Below are positions 36,294 through 49,600 of a stretch of DNA of 64,000 nucleotides, piece after piece (position 1 is the stretch's first letter; each line of letters opens with the position of its first letter). The notes below the pieces were generated by a model. It saw only the letters and a program-made list of their open reading frames with translations. It was not told the DNA's origin and ran no database searches. The stretch is from Azolla caroliniana (Eukaryota; Plantae; Polypodiophyta), in NCBI GenBank assembly GCA_043228905.1, contig JBHGNT010000012.1:2852001-2916000 (forward strand), given 5' to 3'. The position numbers were made by a program, and so were the translations under genes.

Positions 36294-36525
36294 TGTGGCG
36301 GTCACATGGACCACACCCAAATTAGGCCCCTACCAAGCCCCATAATAAGATGTGAAATGCTCAAGATGTGAAATGCTCTCAAGAATAGCTCCTATTCCAT
36401 TACGTTCTAAGTTACATTTTATAGACTACTCTTAGCGTGGAGGGTGTTCTCCCGCTTCAATTAGCTCTTCTAATTATGGGGCTTGGTAGGGGCCTAATTT
36501 GGGTGTGGTCCATGTGACCGCCACA
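36294..36525. mobile_element. MITE with TGT...ACA ends, about 53-bp perfect TIRs and 4-bp TSD (Ginger/GingerRoot-like)
   Basis: tgtggcggtcacatggaccacacccaaattaggcccctaccaagccccataat and its exact reverse complement ending at 36525; ATAT on both flanks. Confidence 0.8.
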
Positions 36526-36722
36526 ATATCACAAGACGCCATTAAATGCGAGATTTTTGTAACTTTGAAACTTCAGGCAATCTTTTGATAATTCAAAATA
36601 TCCTATTATGTGTCCATATTTCTCTCTCTTCTTCCTTGCTTTCCTTTGTTACACCAACACATGGAGAGGTGAACTTCAACAATCATGAATAAAAGTATCC
36701 ATAACGTCTATGTCAATTTAAG

Positions 36723-36903
36723 CTTCTTAGATGATCTCATTAGTAAGATTGTAACTTTTACTAGTCCCAACTAAGATATTCAAACTTCTTAGATGATCTC
36801 ATTAGTAAGATCGTAACTTTTGCTTGTCTCAACTATGATATTCTACTCCTTAGATTATCTCTTTAGTAAGATTGTGACTTTTACTTGTCCCAACTAAGAT
36901 ATT
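36723..36903. repeat. Minisatellite, 3 copies of about 61 bp
   Basis: cttcttagatgatctcattagtaagat... at 36723, 36785 and 36846. Confidence 0.85.
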
Positions 36904-38272
36904 ATGGATATGGTATGTTGGATAATATGCGTTCTATGGAGAGGAGTATATAGTTTCTTATCCACAAGTTTGCTCTAGCTTCTATCCAACTAGATGCTGA
37001 ATTATCTATATTTGAGACATGAATTAAGGTTGTAGATCTCTTGGCTTTGTGCCTCCAAGGATCATTTTGAGGAGCTACAGCAAGGAAGATGGTTCTTATT
37101 ATGGGGCCAATTAAAAGCTTCGTTAAAGCTCATGTAGGTGTTTGTATCTAGGGTTAAAAACACAAAGTAGAACTAGGGTTATAAACAAGAGGTTGGAAAT
37201 TTGGGTCTTTAGAGGAGACATATAAAGATAACATGAGGTTGCAAGCATATGAATCCTTTCCTCTAAAAATAAAAACTCATTCTCTTGAATTCCCTCGAAG
37301 GACACATTAGATTCCTTCTTTTCTTCATTGTATTTGTCTTGTTTCTTTTCTTCCTCATCTTCTATCTTCAATATTCTTTCCTTCCTTCGTTTCTTCTTCA
37401 TTTATACCTTGAGATCTCTTTTCGCCTTTCTTGGACTCGTGTGTTTTCCTTTCTTTGTTTTCATCCCCTTCATCTTTGCCTTCTTTATGACCCTCCTTGT
37501 TTTCATAAAGGTAAAAATACAAAACCCTTTTTTTCTATTTGAATTCAAAGTACACTATTAGAAAGCTTTCTTGCTTTTACTTACATCTCCCAATGAAGTG
37601 TTCATATAGGTACCCCAATGCTAAGAGGTGTTATCATACAATCATTTGGTGCTCACGCATTAGTCCAAATAATATGCATGTATGCCTTTTCACCTTCATG
37701 TATGTCCTAAGAAAAGAATACTTAATGCTTATAATTATTACCTCATTTGTCATTACAATGCTTTACAAAAGCATTTATTTACAAATGTGTGGATCCTAGC
37801 TTTAAGCTTAAATCCTAGTTTGATCTTTTCTTTTCTGGTACCCTTAGTAAGACCAATAAGTATTCTAGGTTTAATGGCAGTTCACAACATATCCATTGGC
37901 AATACAATTCCATATCCTAGCCTCGATCACATCATAAACATAATGACCTCAATATATTTGTATGCAGCAAACGTTTGGCAAACCCTCCCATGAGATCACA
38001 AGGTTCTTCATAGGCATAGTACTTTCAAATGTAGTGGAACAAGTTCTTTATTGTCGACAACAATTCCATTATTGTTTGTTTCTTGTGTTGCACCAATTGA
38101 AAACACCTAAACCAAAGGAATAATATCCAGTAACAGATTTCCTGGAGTTAATGCCTTGCGCCTCATCTCAGTCTAACTGCCAGACCAATGATTGCCATGT
38201 AAGGTGGTCAAGCATTTAAATATATAATAATCTAATGTGGCATTGAGACCTCAGCTTAAATTATGCTTAGAT

Positions 38273-40921
38273 CTATCTTGAACTCTCCAACTTCAAACTT
38301 AGCATTTCTTCATGCATGCCAGCAGCTGCATATATATTTCTCATGCATATGTATGCAGCAGAGCATTTCTCATCCAGCTGTATTGATTGATCAAATGCCC
38401 ACTTTCCAAGCTCTACATTCACACATTTATGACAAGCACCTAAAAGAGCCAAATAAAGGTGAAGACGGTCTGAAGACACCACATTCTCAATTACTCTCAT
38501 GGCTTTGTCAAAATGCCCTGCATGACTAAGAAGGTCAACCATACAACTGCAGTGTTCATAAGTTGGACAGAGCCCGTAGATGAGGGTCATATCACTAAAG
38601 AAAATTTGCCCCTCCTCTACTAAACCCCCATGATTGCACGCATTTAGAAGAACAAGAAAAGTAACTAGATCTGGTACAATATTTTCAACGAGCATTTTGT
38701 GGAGTAGGATTATAACCTTTTGGGCCTGACCTAACTGGGCATATCCAGTTAGCAGTGAATTCCAAGTTACAACATTTCTATTTGGAAGACTATCAAATAC
38801 TTCCTGTGCTTTTCTAATAACACCACTCTTGGCATACATGTCTACCAATGCAGTGCCTAACACAACATCTTTTTGCAATAAACCTTCCATATTGACCTTA
38901 GCATGTATCTCTTCACCTATCTCAAGAAACCCTATGCTGCAACAGGCCTTCAAAACACAAATAAAAGTGACTACATCAGGAGAGTAACCTTCATCTTGCA
39001 TCTGTTTATAGTACTTCAGAGCTTCATCACCAAGACCATGTTGGGCATACCCTGAAATTAGTGCATTCCATGATAACACATTCCGACATGAGAGTTCATT
39101 AAAGACTTCTAGTGCTTTGTGAAACACTTTACACTTGGTATACATATCTATCAATGCAGTGCCAAGAACAGTATTGTTCTTTAGTAATCCTTTCTTGTGA
39201 ACCTCGGTATGTATTTCTTCGCCCATCTTAAGACACCCTATGCTACCACAAACTTTTAAAATGCAAATAAAAGTTACTGCATCTGGAGAGAAACCTGCAC
39301 TTTTCATCTTGAAGAAGCAATTAAAAGTTTCATCAGTTGTACCATGCTCAGCATAACCTGCAACCAATGAATTCCAAGATACAATATCATGTTTCGGAAG
39401 CTTATCAAATACTTCTTGTGCTTTTTGAATTGCACCACATTTGGCATACATGTCAACCAATGCATTTCCAAGGACAATATTTTGCTCCAAAAGCCCCTTC
39501 TTCCGAACCTCAGCATGTATCTCTTCTCCTCTCTCAAGGGATCTAATGCTGCTACATGCTTTCAAAATACAAATAAAGGTGACCGAATCTGGAACAAAAC
39601 CCTCACCTCTCATTTTGTTAAAGCAATTCAGCGCTTCATTAGCAAACCCATATTGGGCATATCCAGCTATAAGTGCACACCATGATGCAACATCTCTTGC
39701 TGAAAGCTTATCAAATACATCTTGTGCTTTTTCAAGCTGGGCACATTTTGCATACATGTCCACCAATGCAGTACCCAACACAATATCATTTCCCAATAAT
39801 CTTCTTTCACTGATCTCCGCATGTATCTCTTCTCCTATCTCAAGCGCTCCTATGCTTCCACAAGCTTTCAAAATACAAGCAAATGTTATGGCATTGGGTG
39901 AGATGCCCTCATCTCTCATTTGTTTGAAACAATTCAAAGCTTCATCACTAAGCCCACATTGAGTATACCGTACCATCAACACATTCCACGATACAACATT
40001 CCGCTTAGGAAGCTCATCAAACACTTTTCTAGCTTTACCTAACATTCCACACTTAGCATACATATCCATCAGCGCATTTCCAAGAACAACATTTTTTTCC
40101 AATAACCCTTGTTTCTTGACTTCAGCATATATCTCTTCTCCCATATCCAGACATTCTATGTGCCCACAAGCTTTCAAAATGCATACAAAAGTAACTATAT
40201 CCGGAGATATGCCTTCATCTTGCATCTTTCTAAAACATGCCAAAGCTTCATTACCAAGTTCATGTTGAGAATATCCTGTGATTAATGTATTATAGGTTAC
40301 AACATCATGTAGTGGAATCTCATCAAACACTTTTTGCGCTTTTCCCAACATATTACATTTAGCATACATGTCTATCAAAGCATTTCCAACAATAATATTT
40401 GTTTCTAGTAACCCTTGTTTGCTAACATTAGCATGTATCTCTTCCCCTACATCAAGAGATCCTACTCTACCACAAGCTTTCAAAATGCAAATAAAAGTGA
40501 CAGCATTTGGGGAGAATCCTTCACTTTTCATATGTCTGAAGGATTCTAACGCATTGTGAGCTAATCCATGGTGGATATATGCTGTGATTAAAGTATTCCA
40601 AGTGACCACGTTTCGGATGGGGAGCTCATCAAACACTTTTCGAGCTTCTGAAATCGAACCACATTTGGCATACATGCTAATCACAGCATTACTAAGGTAG
40701 ATATCCTTGGTGAGCATTTCATTGCGAACAAGTCTACCATGCAGTTCTCTGGCTTTCTGTAGATCCTTCTTTTGCCCACAAAGCTTTAATGAGTCTAACA
40801 AAGAGCTAGGGTCGTGAGGAAGGCTGTCCTCTTTCTTCTTCTGCATCTGCTTCTTATGAGGCAGCTCTCTTTGAACCTCCATGGTATGATTCTGAAAAGA
40901 AACAGGGTGTACTGTCATCAT
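38273..40921 (-). CDS. PLS-class pentatricopeptide repeat protein with E domain and no DYW (organellar RNA editing factor type)
   Basis: Intact, intronless 882-aa ORF with about 7 regular P-L-S triplets (ALVDMYAKCG, VVSWNALI.GY, PD.VTFICILKAC) ending in an E-like domain (LALLGACHKCVNVELG...AAYICMRNIYAAAG). Confidence 0.93.
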   Translation of the reverse strand: MMTVHPVSFQNHTMEVQRELPHKKQMQKKKEDSLPHDPSSLLDSLKLCGQKKDLQKARELHGRLVRNEMLTKDIYLSNAVISMYAKCGSISEARKVFDELPIRNVVTWNTLITAYIHHGLAHNALESFRHMKSEGFSPNAVTFICILKACGRVGSLDVGEEIHANVSKQGLLETNIIVGNALIDMYAKCNMLGKAQKVFDEIPLHDVVTYNTLITGYSQHELGNEALACFRKMQDEGISPDIVTFVCILKACGHIECLDMGEEIYAEVKKQGLLEKNVVLGNALMDMYAKCGMLGKARKVFDELPKRNVVSWNVLMVRYTQCGLSDEALNCFKQMRDEGISPNAITFACILKACGSIGALEIGEEIHAEISERRLLGNDIVLGTALVDMYAKCAQLEKAQDVFDKLSARDVASWCALIAGYAQYGFANEALNCFNKMRGEGFVPDSVTFICILKACSSIRSLERGEEIHAEVRKKGLLEQNIVLGNALVDMYAKCGAIQKAQEVFDKLPKHDIVSWNSLVAGYAEHGTTDETFNCFFKMKSAGFSPDAVTFICILKVCGSIGCLKMGEEIHTEVHKKGLLKNNTVLGTALIDMYTKCKVFHKALEVFNELSCRNVLSWNALISGYAQHGLGDEALKYYKQMQDEGYSPDVVTFICVLKACCSIGFLEIGEEIHAKVNMEGLLQKDVVLGTALVDMYAKSGVIRKAQEVFDSLPNRNVVTWNSLLTGYAQLGQAQKVIILLHKMLVENIVPDLVTFLVLLNACNHGGLVEEGQIFFSDMTLIYGLCPTYEHCSCMVDLLSHAGHFDKAMRVIENVVSSDRLHLYLALLGACHKCVNVELGKWAFDQSIQLDEKCSAAYICMRNIYAAAGMHEEMLSLKLESSR

Positions 40922-40968
40922 GTCTCAGCAGTATCTATGATATGATATGGTACCAAGGAGAGGTGTGG

Positions 40969-41014
<46 letters not shown>

Positions 41015-41036
41015 GTATATGTATATGTATGTATAT
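40969..41036. repeat. Compound (AT)n/(GTATAT)n microsatellite just upstream of the PPR ORF
   Basis: Directly visible in the sequence. Confidence 0.9.
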
Positions 41037-43460
41037 GAATGATTCCAAGACTCCAAAGGTCGCGTTCCAATCCTCAAGAAACTGTGCAATGGACATCGAT
41101 AATCGGAACCAGAACCACCATACATTATCCGAGATATTTTCGTGATCCCATAGAGCGAGTCTAATGAAAAAAAAAAAAAAAATTGGCCCCAATGAGTTCT
41201 ATTTGAGCTCATCGATGAGAATCCAAATTTTCCATTGCCTGTCGATGTTTGGTTGGTGCTCTCGACTTTACCATTATTGTCGAAGCTGTTGAGAAACTTG
41301 GGTTCGGTGGTTTTAGTCCTGATGCAAAGATTGAAGTGTGTGTGTGTTGTATTGTGTACATATAGTATGTATGTGAAAGACTCATATTGAAAAGATAAAA
41401 GATGTCGTTAGATACAAGCATTGGGAAGAGACCTAGATATTAGTGTTATAGATGAGCTAGTCAATAGTTGGCATTGCGAGGATTCAACCTTAGATTCATG
41501 GACATTCACTGACGCAATATTTTATAGATGACCATTGAACCAATGATTCATAATGAAGAACTTCTAATTATGAATAGTCAACTCTTGTCAAAACTAACGT
41601 TCAAACTCATAATCAACAACGCCTATGAATGCAATACATTCGATCTTGATCAATAGAAGAGGCAATAGCTCATATATGGAAATAAATTTTGTCATGTATT
41701 CCTAATTCATATGTAGACATAGCATCCTTATGGTGGTCATGTTCTATTTTCACATTTACTTCAAGGAAAAGAACCTCGTGTTTCTAATTCTAAGGTTTTA
41801 GAAAATCTCATAGTCCAAATACTTAACATTCCTAAAAAATCTATTATCACTTATGTGTCATAAAATTATTACATACTAAGGGTTGTTTTAAAGTGATAAG
41901 AATGAAATAATCCCTTAAAGATTGTTTGTTGTTGCTTGATATGACTTGAAAGAATCCCTGAATTTGGTTAAAAAGTGGCTCCTTCTCTTTGATTAAAGTG
42001 GGTTTTCCCTTTCTAGAGGATCCAAGGGGTAGAAGGAGATGAAGATCAAGTTGTGGCACAAACACATGATGGGATACTTAGGACAACTCTTATGGGTAAA
42101 ACCCTTGTTCATGTATAATGAAGATTGCATTCTCATCAATACAACTCTTTTACAAAGAAGAAAAGCAATATGTTATCTATGTAACGTAGAGCTATACCTT
42201 GAGACAATTTGTCTCCATATTTAAGATTCCCAATCAACATTTATGAAGTATCCAATAGATTGCCACTCAAATACTTGTTTCATTGGTTTATCTCTTGTAC
42301 AATACATTGGAAATTTAGCATCTAAATACTCCGTTGAGTGGATAGAATTCTCATGAGTTCTTATGAGTGCAATGTCAATATGAAACGTGCAAATTGAGTT
42401 CAATTGTCCTAGTTCACTTTTCCTATAATTTTTTTAGTAACACGCCACACTAACACTGTAACCCAAACATGGATTGTACCTTTCCAAACATAACATTTTT
42501 GTTTACCCACGATATATAACTAAAAGAAGACTACAAAATACCACGTTTACACTCTTTTAAAGATTATATATCAGATATTATAGGTGACAATATTAGTAAT
42601 AAATATTAACACATTGAAACATTCAAGTAGGTGCATGTGTTACATGCTATTGATAACATGGATAAGACTTGTTATTACATGCCACTACCTATGACTTACG
42701 GCCCCTTGCTTTGTATGCATATTACTTATTAGAATCCAAGCTATGTGGAGTTAAATTCTAGGATCAACTCAAAGTTAATAAAGAGATGTATTCAAAGACA
42801 TTTTACTTGGTCATTGAATCAAAGAATATTTGCTATCACATCATTTGAGAATATAGCAAGAAACTATGCATTTTGATTGTTTATTACAACACATTGAGAG
42901 AAATTGGAATAGTTCTCACATCTCAACTTGTTTTTTTAATAGATCTATATTGAGTACATTGCTCCCCTCAATGGGGGACTTGCGCAATTTTTAATGCCTC
43001 ATGCAGCATTTACAATTTTGCAGCATTTACAATTTACAATTAACTCTAGCCCAAGGCAAATCCTAGAGCCACATAGAACATTAAGTTTTCAGTTACAATA
43101 ATTTACATTGCATCAAGTGCTTGTGCTTCAGAAGCTTTCATGTCATTGCAACCACAACTTCCTTTCTCAATTCTTACACCTTTTTGGATCCACATAAAAA
43201 TATGCATAATTGCTGGAACATGTACGGAACACGTGTCTCTTTCTTTCTGTATAAAATTGCATGGATGCTTTCACAACATAGCAATCCCAACTTGTTTTCT
43301 TGGTTCTAAAGGTTTTCTGAATCCACGGACGAATATACACAGTTGCTGGAATGTGTATAAAACATGAGTTTTCTCTCAAAATAGAATAACATGGGAAGCA
43401 AGTGAAAAAGAAGAAGACAGGCAAAATTTTCAGTTCGAGGTGGATGCATGATATGCAGAA

Positions 43461-43600
43461 ATGGTTTAGAAGATCGCAATACACATTACGCCTCAAATAA
43501 ATTCCTCAGTGAATTGTGTTTTTTCTGCAATGCTGATGGTTTAGAAGATCGCAATACACATTACACCTCAAATAAATTCCTCAGTGAATGTTTTTTTTCT
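43461..43600. repeat. Tandem duplication, period about 75 bp
   Basis: atggtttagaagatcgcaatacacattac at 43461 and 43536. Confidence 0.85.
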
Positions 43601-43640
43601 GGAATGCCAATGTATCACAGCTTGGGAGAGAGATAGAGGC

Positions 43641-46600
43641 TCACTTACAGTACATATGCTGCACAAATCCAGAAAACCATCTTTTAACAGAAAACAACAC
43701 TCACCCATATATGCAAGAGCCCATGCCTCTGTCCACCATCCACACTACTAATTTCATACGACTTAGCTCACTCTCTTCAATGTGAAATGGGGACTCTTCA
43801 ACCATGAATGTTTTTCCCCAAACAAGTTCAGTGAGTCTTATGTATCACTTCAAATCCAGCTCAACCCAAATAAGAGATCGATACACTCTTGTGTATCTTG
43901 TTGATCTTATATAGAGATGTCATCACTGAATCAATAAGGTGGAATCAGTCAGTTTCGGTAAAACAACCATCAGGATTGGCAGGACTTGAACCCGCCGGTT
44001 TGGAAGATGGAGGCACTGTTTTGGTTAAATGAAGTAACTGGAATTTCGATAGATATTCAATTGCAGAATTATGATGCAAATCCGTACAATGAAAGGCTGT
44101 CGTCAGTCTCCGACAATAAAATGTTCCCTAATTTGGTCCAATTGATTCTATCTATTAAGGAAAGTGGAGATGATGAAAGCCTGTTAATTTTCACTACACC
44201 CTTGATACATAGATGTCCATCTGTTTCCCAAGCAGAGGATATGCTCATTATGTCATACAGGACAATCTGTGGAACACTACTGAAGCTACAGTACAGTTTC
44301 CTATGAGATCTAAGAATGTTTCCATTGCCTCTTTAAGGAGGGATTCCGACCATTCTCCTGAGTCATGGACTTGATCAGAGATGCTTGGGGCTGTTTCTAT
44401 GAGAGATTTGTAGATTTATAGTCTTTCTTGAAGAGTAGCCAGCTAGCAGGACTTGTACAAAGGCAGATGACAGGCTTTCCACTAAATGAGCTCAGAATGG
44501 GATAGATACCTCAACACAAAATGGGTAAGCACAATGCCCTACAGTCCCCGAATACCAACATACACAGGTTTCAAGGGTTAAAACTTGCCAAATGTCTGAG
44601 ACCTCAACAATAGGTTTTTTCATAATATGTTCAAAATAGTCCAAATGACAAGATGGAGATATTGTTCCAATTTTTACGATAATGGGAACTACAACACAAT
44701 TGGAATATGCATAATGCTTTCATGTTTGACAGTAGACATGGAGTGGAAGCCTATATGACGAAGTAGAAAGGTATTCTTATGTGGAATTTCTGGATGTTAA
44801 AGCATGTGGGGATCATTTCCTCAAATGCATATTCAGGTTTTCTAGTGGCATTACAGAACGTCCCTCTCCCAACATAGGATAGGATAGATAGGTAGAGGAG
44901 ACTCAGAAGTGTTGTAACAAGTGGATTTTACATACAATTAATATAATTGTGTGCTTTTACCAAAATCAAATATAGGATATGCATCTAATGTATCGCTCAT
45001 ATGTGTGAGATATCTCAAGATGAATGCCACTCATGTGGATCTCTTTTCTCTAAGGGTTTCCATATTTATAAAGGATCCAGTGTTTGAATCAGTTTAGACA
45101 GATCCTTGGGCATTATATATGAGGCAAATTTGTTTGTATATATAAAAAGAGGGGATCTTAGGGAGTTATATATTGCAATTTGCTACTTTCCACCTGCCTA
45201 CTCAAGGTTTGCACCTCTAGGTGAATCACCATATCTACCACTATATGATGATATCATAAGATTTGCTACTATGGGGGACATAATACTATTAGGAGATTTT
45301 AATGCAAGAACCAAGGATGAACAAACAACTATGTTTAACACCAATGAGGCTGTTTATGGAGAAGTTATGGCGGAAGAGGTTGGTCTAAAGCAACAAGCTC
45401 AAGATATGAGTGCTATAACTGAATATGGAAAACACTTTCTAGCCTTGGGAAGCGCGCATGGATTTGTGATATATAATGGCTTGTCACAATGGCCTGGATC
45501 AGATGCTTTGACATGTTGGAACCCAAAAGGGGGTGCCAGCACAATCGATTATCTAATGGGATCTCCATCTCTTATACCTGAAATAAAAGTGTTCACTATA
45601 TCGGGAAGACCTATTGGCTTGGCAGCTGATCATGCATATCTACGCTTTGAGGTAATGGATGGATGCACAAAGGATGTATATGCTAAGGAGAGTGGGCTGG
45701 CTAAGTATCTATTCACTCGCGAGACAATTGATGTGTATAGTTGTGGTGTATACGATGGCATGCTAGATTTGGATCCATTCGCACCCCTTGAAGAACTTAC
45801 CCAAGGTTCATCCAAATCATTGCATAAAGCAACCACAAATGCCTTCCCTCACACAACGGCCAATCCCCCCAAACTCGGTAGAGTAATACAAAATAGTTGG
45901 TATGATGAGGATTGTCGTGATACAAGGAAATGCTTGCAGCGTGATGTAACTCAGGGCATTTATACACACAACCAAGCGAGAGCAACCTTCCAACGCCTCG
46001 TGAGGAAGAAGAAGAGATTGTATTTGGCTAAATTTGAAGATCATTTGTATCGCTTGTTTCTAGGACAAGAGAGTAAACGAGCCTGGAAAATGTTTAATGA
46101 GAGGCAACCCACCACACAACTGACCTCACCTGAGGTGTGGCAGGAATATGCAAAGGTTCTATATGATATCCCAGGGCAACCCCCTCTTCCCCACCCAAAT
46201 GCCTCATGCCCACATGAATCAACCCTCTTTACACCATAAAATGTAAGAACCGCCATTGATCGGCTACAATTTGGGAAGGCCCAAGATCATGATGGATTGG
46301 TGGGTGAGCACTTTATCTATGCCCGTGACACCTTGCTCCCATTGCTAGCACACATCTTTAATAGAGCCATGTGTGAAGGTTTTCCTACTAGATGGACTCA
46401 ACATACCATTGTGCCAATCCTCAAGAGTGGAGACCCCATGATGCCAAGCAACTATAGGACAATCATGATTGGCCATTACTTGGCTAAACTATATGGCTCG
46501 ATTCTAGAATCAGAATTGAGTATATGGGCAGAGCAAAATGGCTGCCGTTCAATTGGACAAGCAGGCTTTCGGAAGGGGTTCACAACTTTGGATCACATAT

Positions 46601-49600
46601 TCACCCTCCGGGCCCTTATTGAGGAGGGTTGAGCCCACAATAAGAGGATTTATTGCTGCTTTGTGGATTTCCGAAAAGCCTTTGACACTGTGCCACGTGC
46701 TCAGCTTATGCAGTGGCTAGAAGCCCTTGGTGTTCCTATAGATATGAAATGGGGAATCTATGCACTCTATGAATCTGTGTCAAGAAAAGTACGGTCTTCT
46801 AAGGGCTTGTCAGCGGTGGTGGCTAGCACAATTGGCGTGAAGCAAGGATGCCCACTATTCCCCACACTCCTCAGTCTCTATATAGATGAGGTATCATAGT
46901 ACATAGAGAGATTTGGGGCTTCTGGAGCACACCTAGCAGGTATAGCTATACAAATATTACTATATGCTGTGATATTGTGCTGATTTCTGACTCTCCGGAG
47001 GGACTACAAAGACATCTAAATGCCTTAAAACTATTTTGTACGGACAAAGGTTTGTCAATCAACATGAATAAGACTAAAGTGATGGTGTTTAACACCACCC
47101 AAGCATGGGTAACAAGATCAGAACCAGAATTCTTGGGAGAGGAAAAGGTGGAATAAACACGCTCCTACACATACCTAGGAGTAACATTTACAGGACCTAG
47201 GTTCTCCTTACAGGAGGCCGCTTGTGCCCGACTTTCTCGTGCATATGCAGCCCTTGCTGCTCTTGAGAGACAATGTGCACATCTGCAGTTCCAAGAGCCA
47301 CGGACTAAGCTATGGTTATTTGATCCACTTGTCACACCAACTCTTCTCTATGGAGTAGAGACATGGGGACTAAGTCCTAACAAGGCAAATCATTGGAAAG
47401 ATTTAGAGAGACCTTTAGTGTCAATGATTGCTTGCATGATAAGGAGCAAAGCATCGGTGCCCCTCCATATAATCCGAGCAGAGATGGGAGCAGCACCTAT
47501 AATAACCGAGGCGTTGTTCCGATCAGTGACATTTATCCAACGTCTTTGGGAGCTCCCTAAACGAAGGTACCCAAGGTTGGCACTTTGTCATCAAAACAAC
47601 TGGCTGAAAATGGAGAGACTCATTGTTGGTATGCTGAAATGCAGCAATGGTTCGAGTCACATGGCATGAGTATAAATGCCCTACCTCCGTTCCAATATAG
47701 CTTGGACTGTCCCCATCTAAATATGACCAAAGTGGAAAAGAATAGAGTGATCCGGACTGATATTATTAACTTGGAAAACAAGATAACATGGATCAGCCCC
47801 AAAATACCACTTGGTACAAAGATGACCCACTATAAGACACACTTCTTACATACATCGGAGGATGGATTTGTCATCAGGCCACCTTATATGGACATACATC
47901 TATCCTATGCGTTGCGTAGTGTGATAGGGCAGCTGCGAACTTCATCACATCAGCTACAGATTGAGGTAGGCAGATATACACGACTACCTCTAGAAGAGAG
48001 AATTTGCCAATTGTGTCATCAAGGAGTGGAATCTGAAGAACACTATGTTTGTCATTGTAGTGTCTTTTATGAAATCAGAGGGAGATACCATTGCCTCTTT
48101 AAACAAGGCTTTGGCCCACTACGCAAGGTAATGGAATAATATGAGGACAAACGATGCCTAGGACTTTTCTTGCTAGAGCTCAAGAGACATCGGGAAAAGT
48201 TGTTGAAGAATACAGCCACACAAGCTCATCCACAAAGAACAATCACAACTTTCTTTAGCCCCATCACTCCTAATGCTAGAAGTCAACCCCAGGATACACA
48301 AATGGGCTCCCGAGCAGGACATAACATAGGGGTTACAATTGATCGGGCAATGGCAATTTGCCGTGCACGTAGGCCTCGGCCCCATGGACCATGACCTCGA
48401 CACCCTTGTCATCGACAGATAAAAGCCATTATCTCCCGCCATCGTAGGTGCTTCCCTCGCTTCGGAGACATTTCCATTCTGGATCGACCTATGCTAGAGA
48501 TCTTTCGAAGACAAAAGCTACAATATACCTAACCTGAGGATCTCACATGTGCCAAAAACCAGATTCCCTCATTTCTTTTCTTTTCATGTTATTTACTTTT
48601 ATATTTACCGTGTAATATTTATTTTATTTTGATTTGTTCTCAAAGACGAGACAACACTTAAGATGTAATCTCTTATTTGGTCTTATAGACCATTTTGGCC
48701 TCTTAAAAGACGTTAATATATCTTTCTTTCTTTCTTGTTGGGTCTTAGATTATTTTCTCTTTTCCAGATGATGATAAGTTTTCTTTCTTTCTTTTCTCTT
48801 CTTAATGAAATGCAAAATTTTGTATTGCTATAAAACATTTATTAAAAAATTATAGGCAGATTGAAAATTCAGACACTAACTATGTTATGTATGTAGCTAG
48901 ATGAAATAACATGGAGAACCTCTTTGTATGAATTTTCTTTTTACCTCTAAAACCCACAAGCTGAGCACGGCTTCTAGACTGAAACATCCAAAGCCAACCA
49001 TGTAGAATATCTGCTAGATGAGACATAATCAAAATAATTGTTCCCATTTATAAATACATATTTTAAAAGTAGGACTCTAATAAAACTACCCCGATCATTG
49101 CAGAATCAGAAAACATGTCTATTGCAGATAGAATGCCCCTGCAAGCAAAAGAACAAAACGCAAGAAATTATGAACTCCCACAATCATCAAACAAATTAGT
49201 ACAAAAGTTACAAGGATGCAGTGGGACGTCGCCCAAACAAGCAAATGTTAATATTGATTCATTTTATTATTTTCAAAGTTTGTATTTAAAGTCATCTATA
49301 TAGCTTAGAACTAATGAACTCCAATATGAGAAGCAATTAAGTATAACAGGCACAAATAAACTCCCAGGAGAACCAGGTCAATCATTATATATCATAATGT
49401 TGTTCTATCAGTAAAAAGAAACGACAGATCTTCATACAACTCTGAAACTTACGTTAAAGAAAACCCTTTGAAGAAAAGTGGTGGTGCTACCGCAGCACAG
49501 ATTGTGAAACACAAGTGCAGCTGCCAACAGTGACCATTGATTCAGTTCCATACTATGAATGTCTCAAATATTCAAACTAGTAAAAGAACGAGTAATACAC

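Noticed and set aside
37123-37560. Lys/Glu-rich ORF as a gene (also ORFs at 41847-42403 and 58353-58935)
   Set aside because: Short, low-complexity or stop-ridden; probably old TE debris that cannot be assigned.
40925-41212. ORFs with YIYIYI/HIHI runs
   Set aside because: Translations of the (AT)n microsatellite.
43969-44000. tRNA/SINE 3' half (ggcgggttcaagtcctgcc on minus)
   Set aside because: Only a T-arm-like hairpin; no A-box, tail or TSD found.
44530-44570. SCAMP terminal exon candidate PVYVGIRGL*
   Set aside because: No in-frame AG acceptor without an intervening stop.
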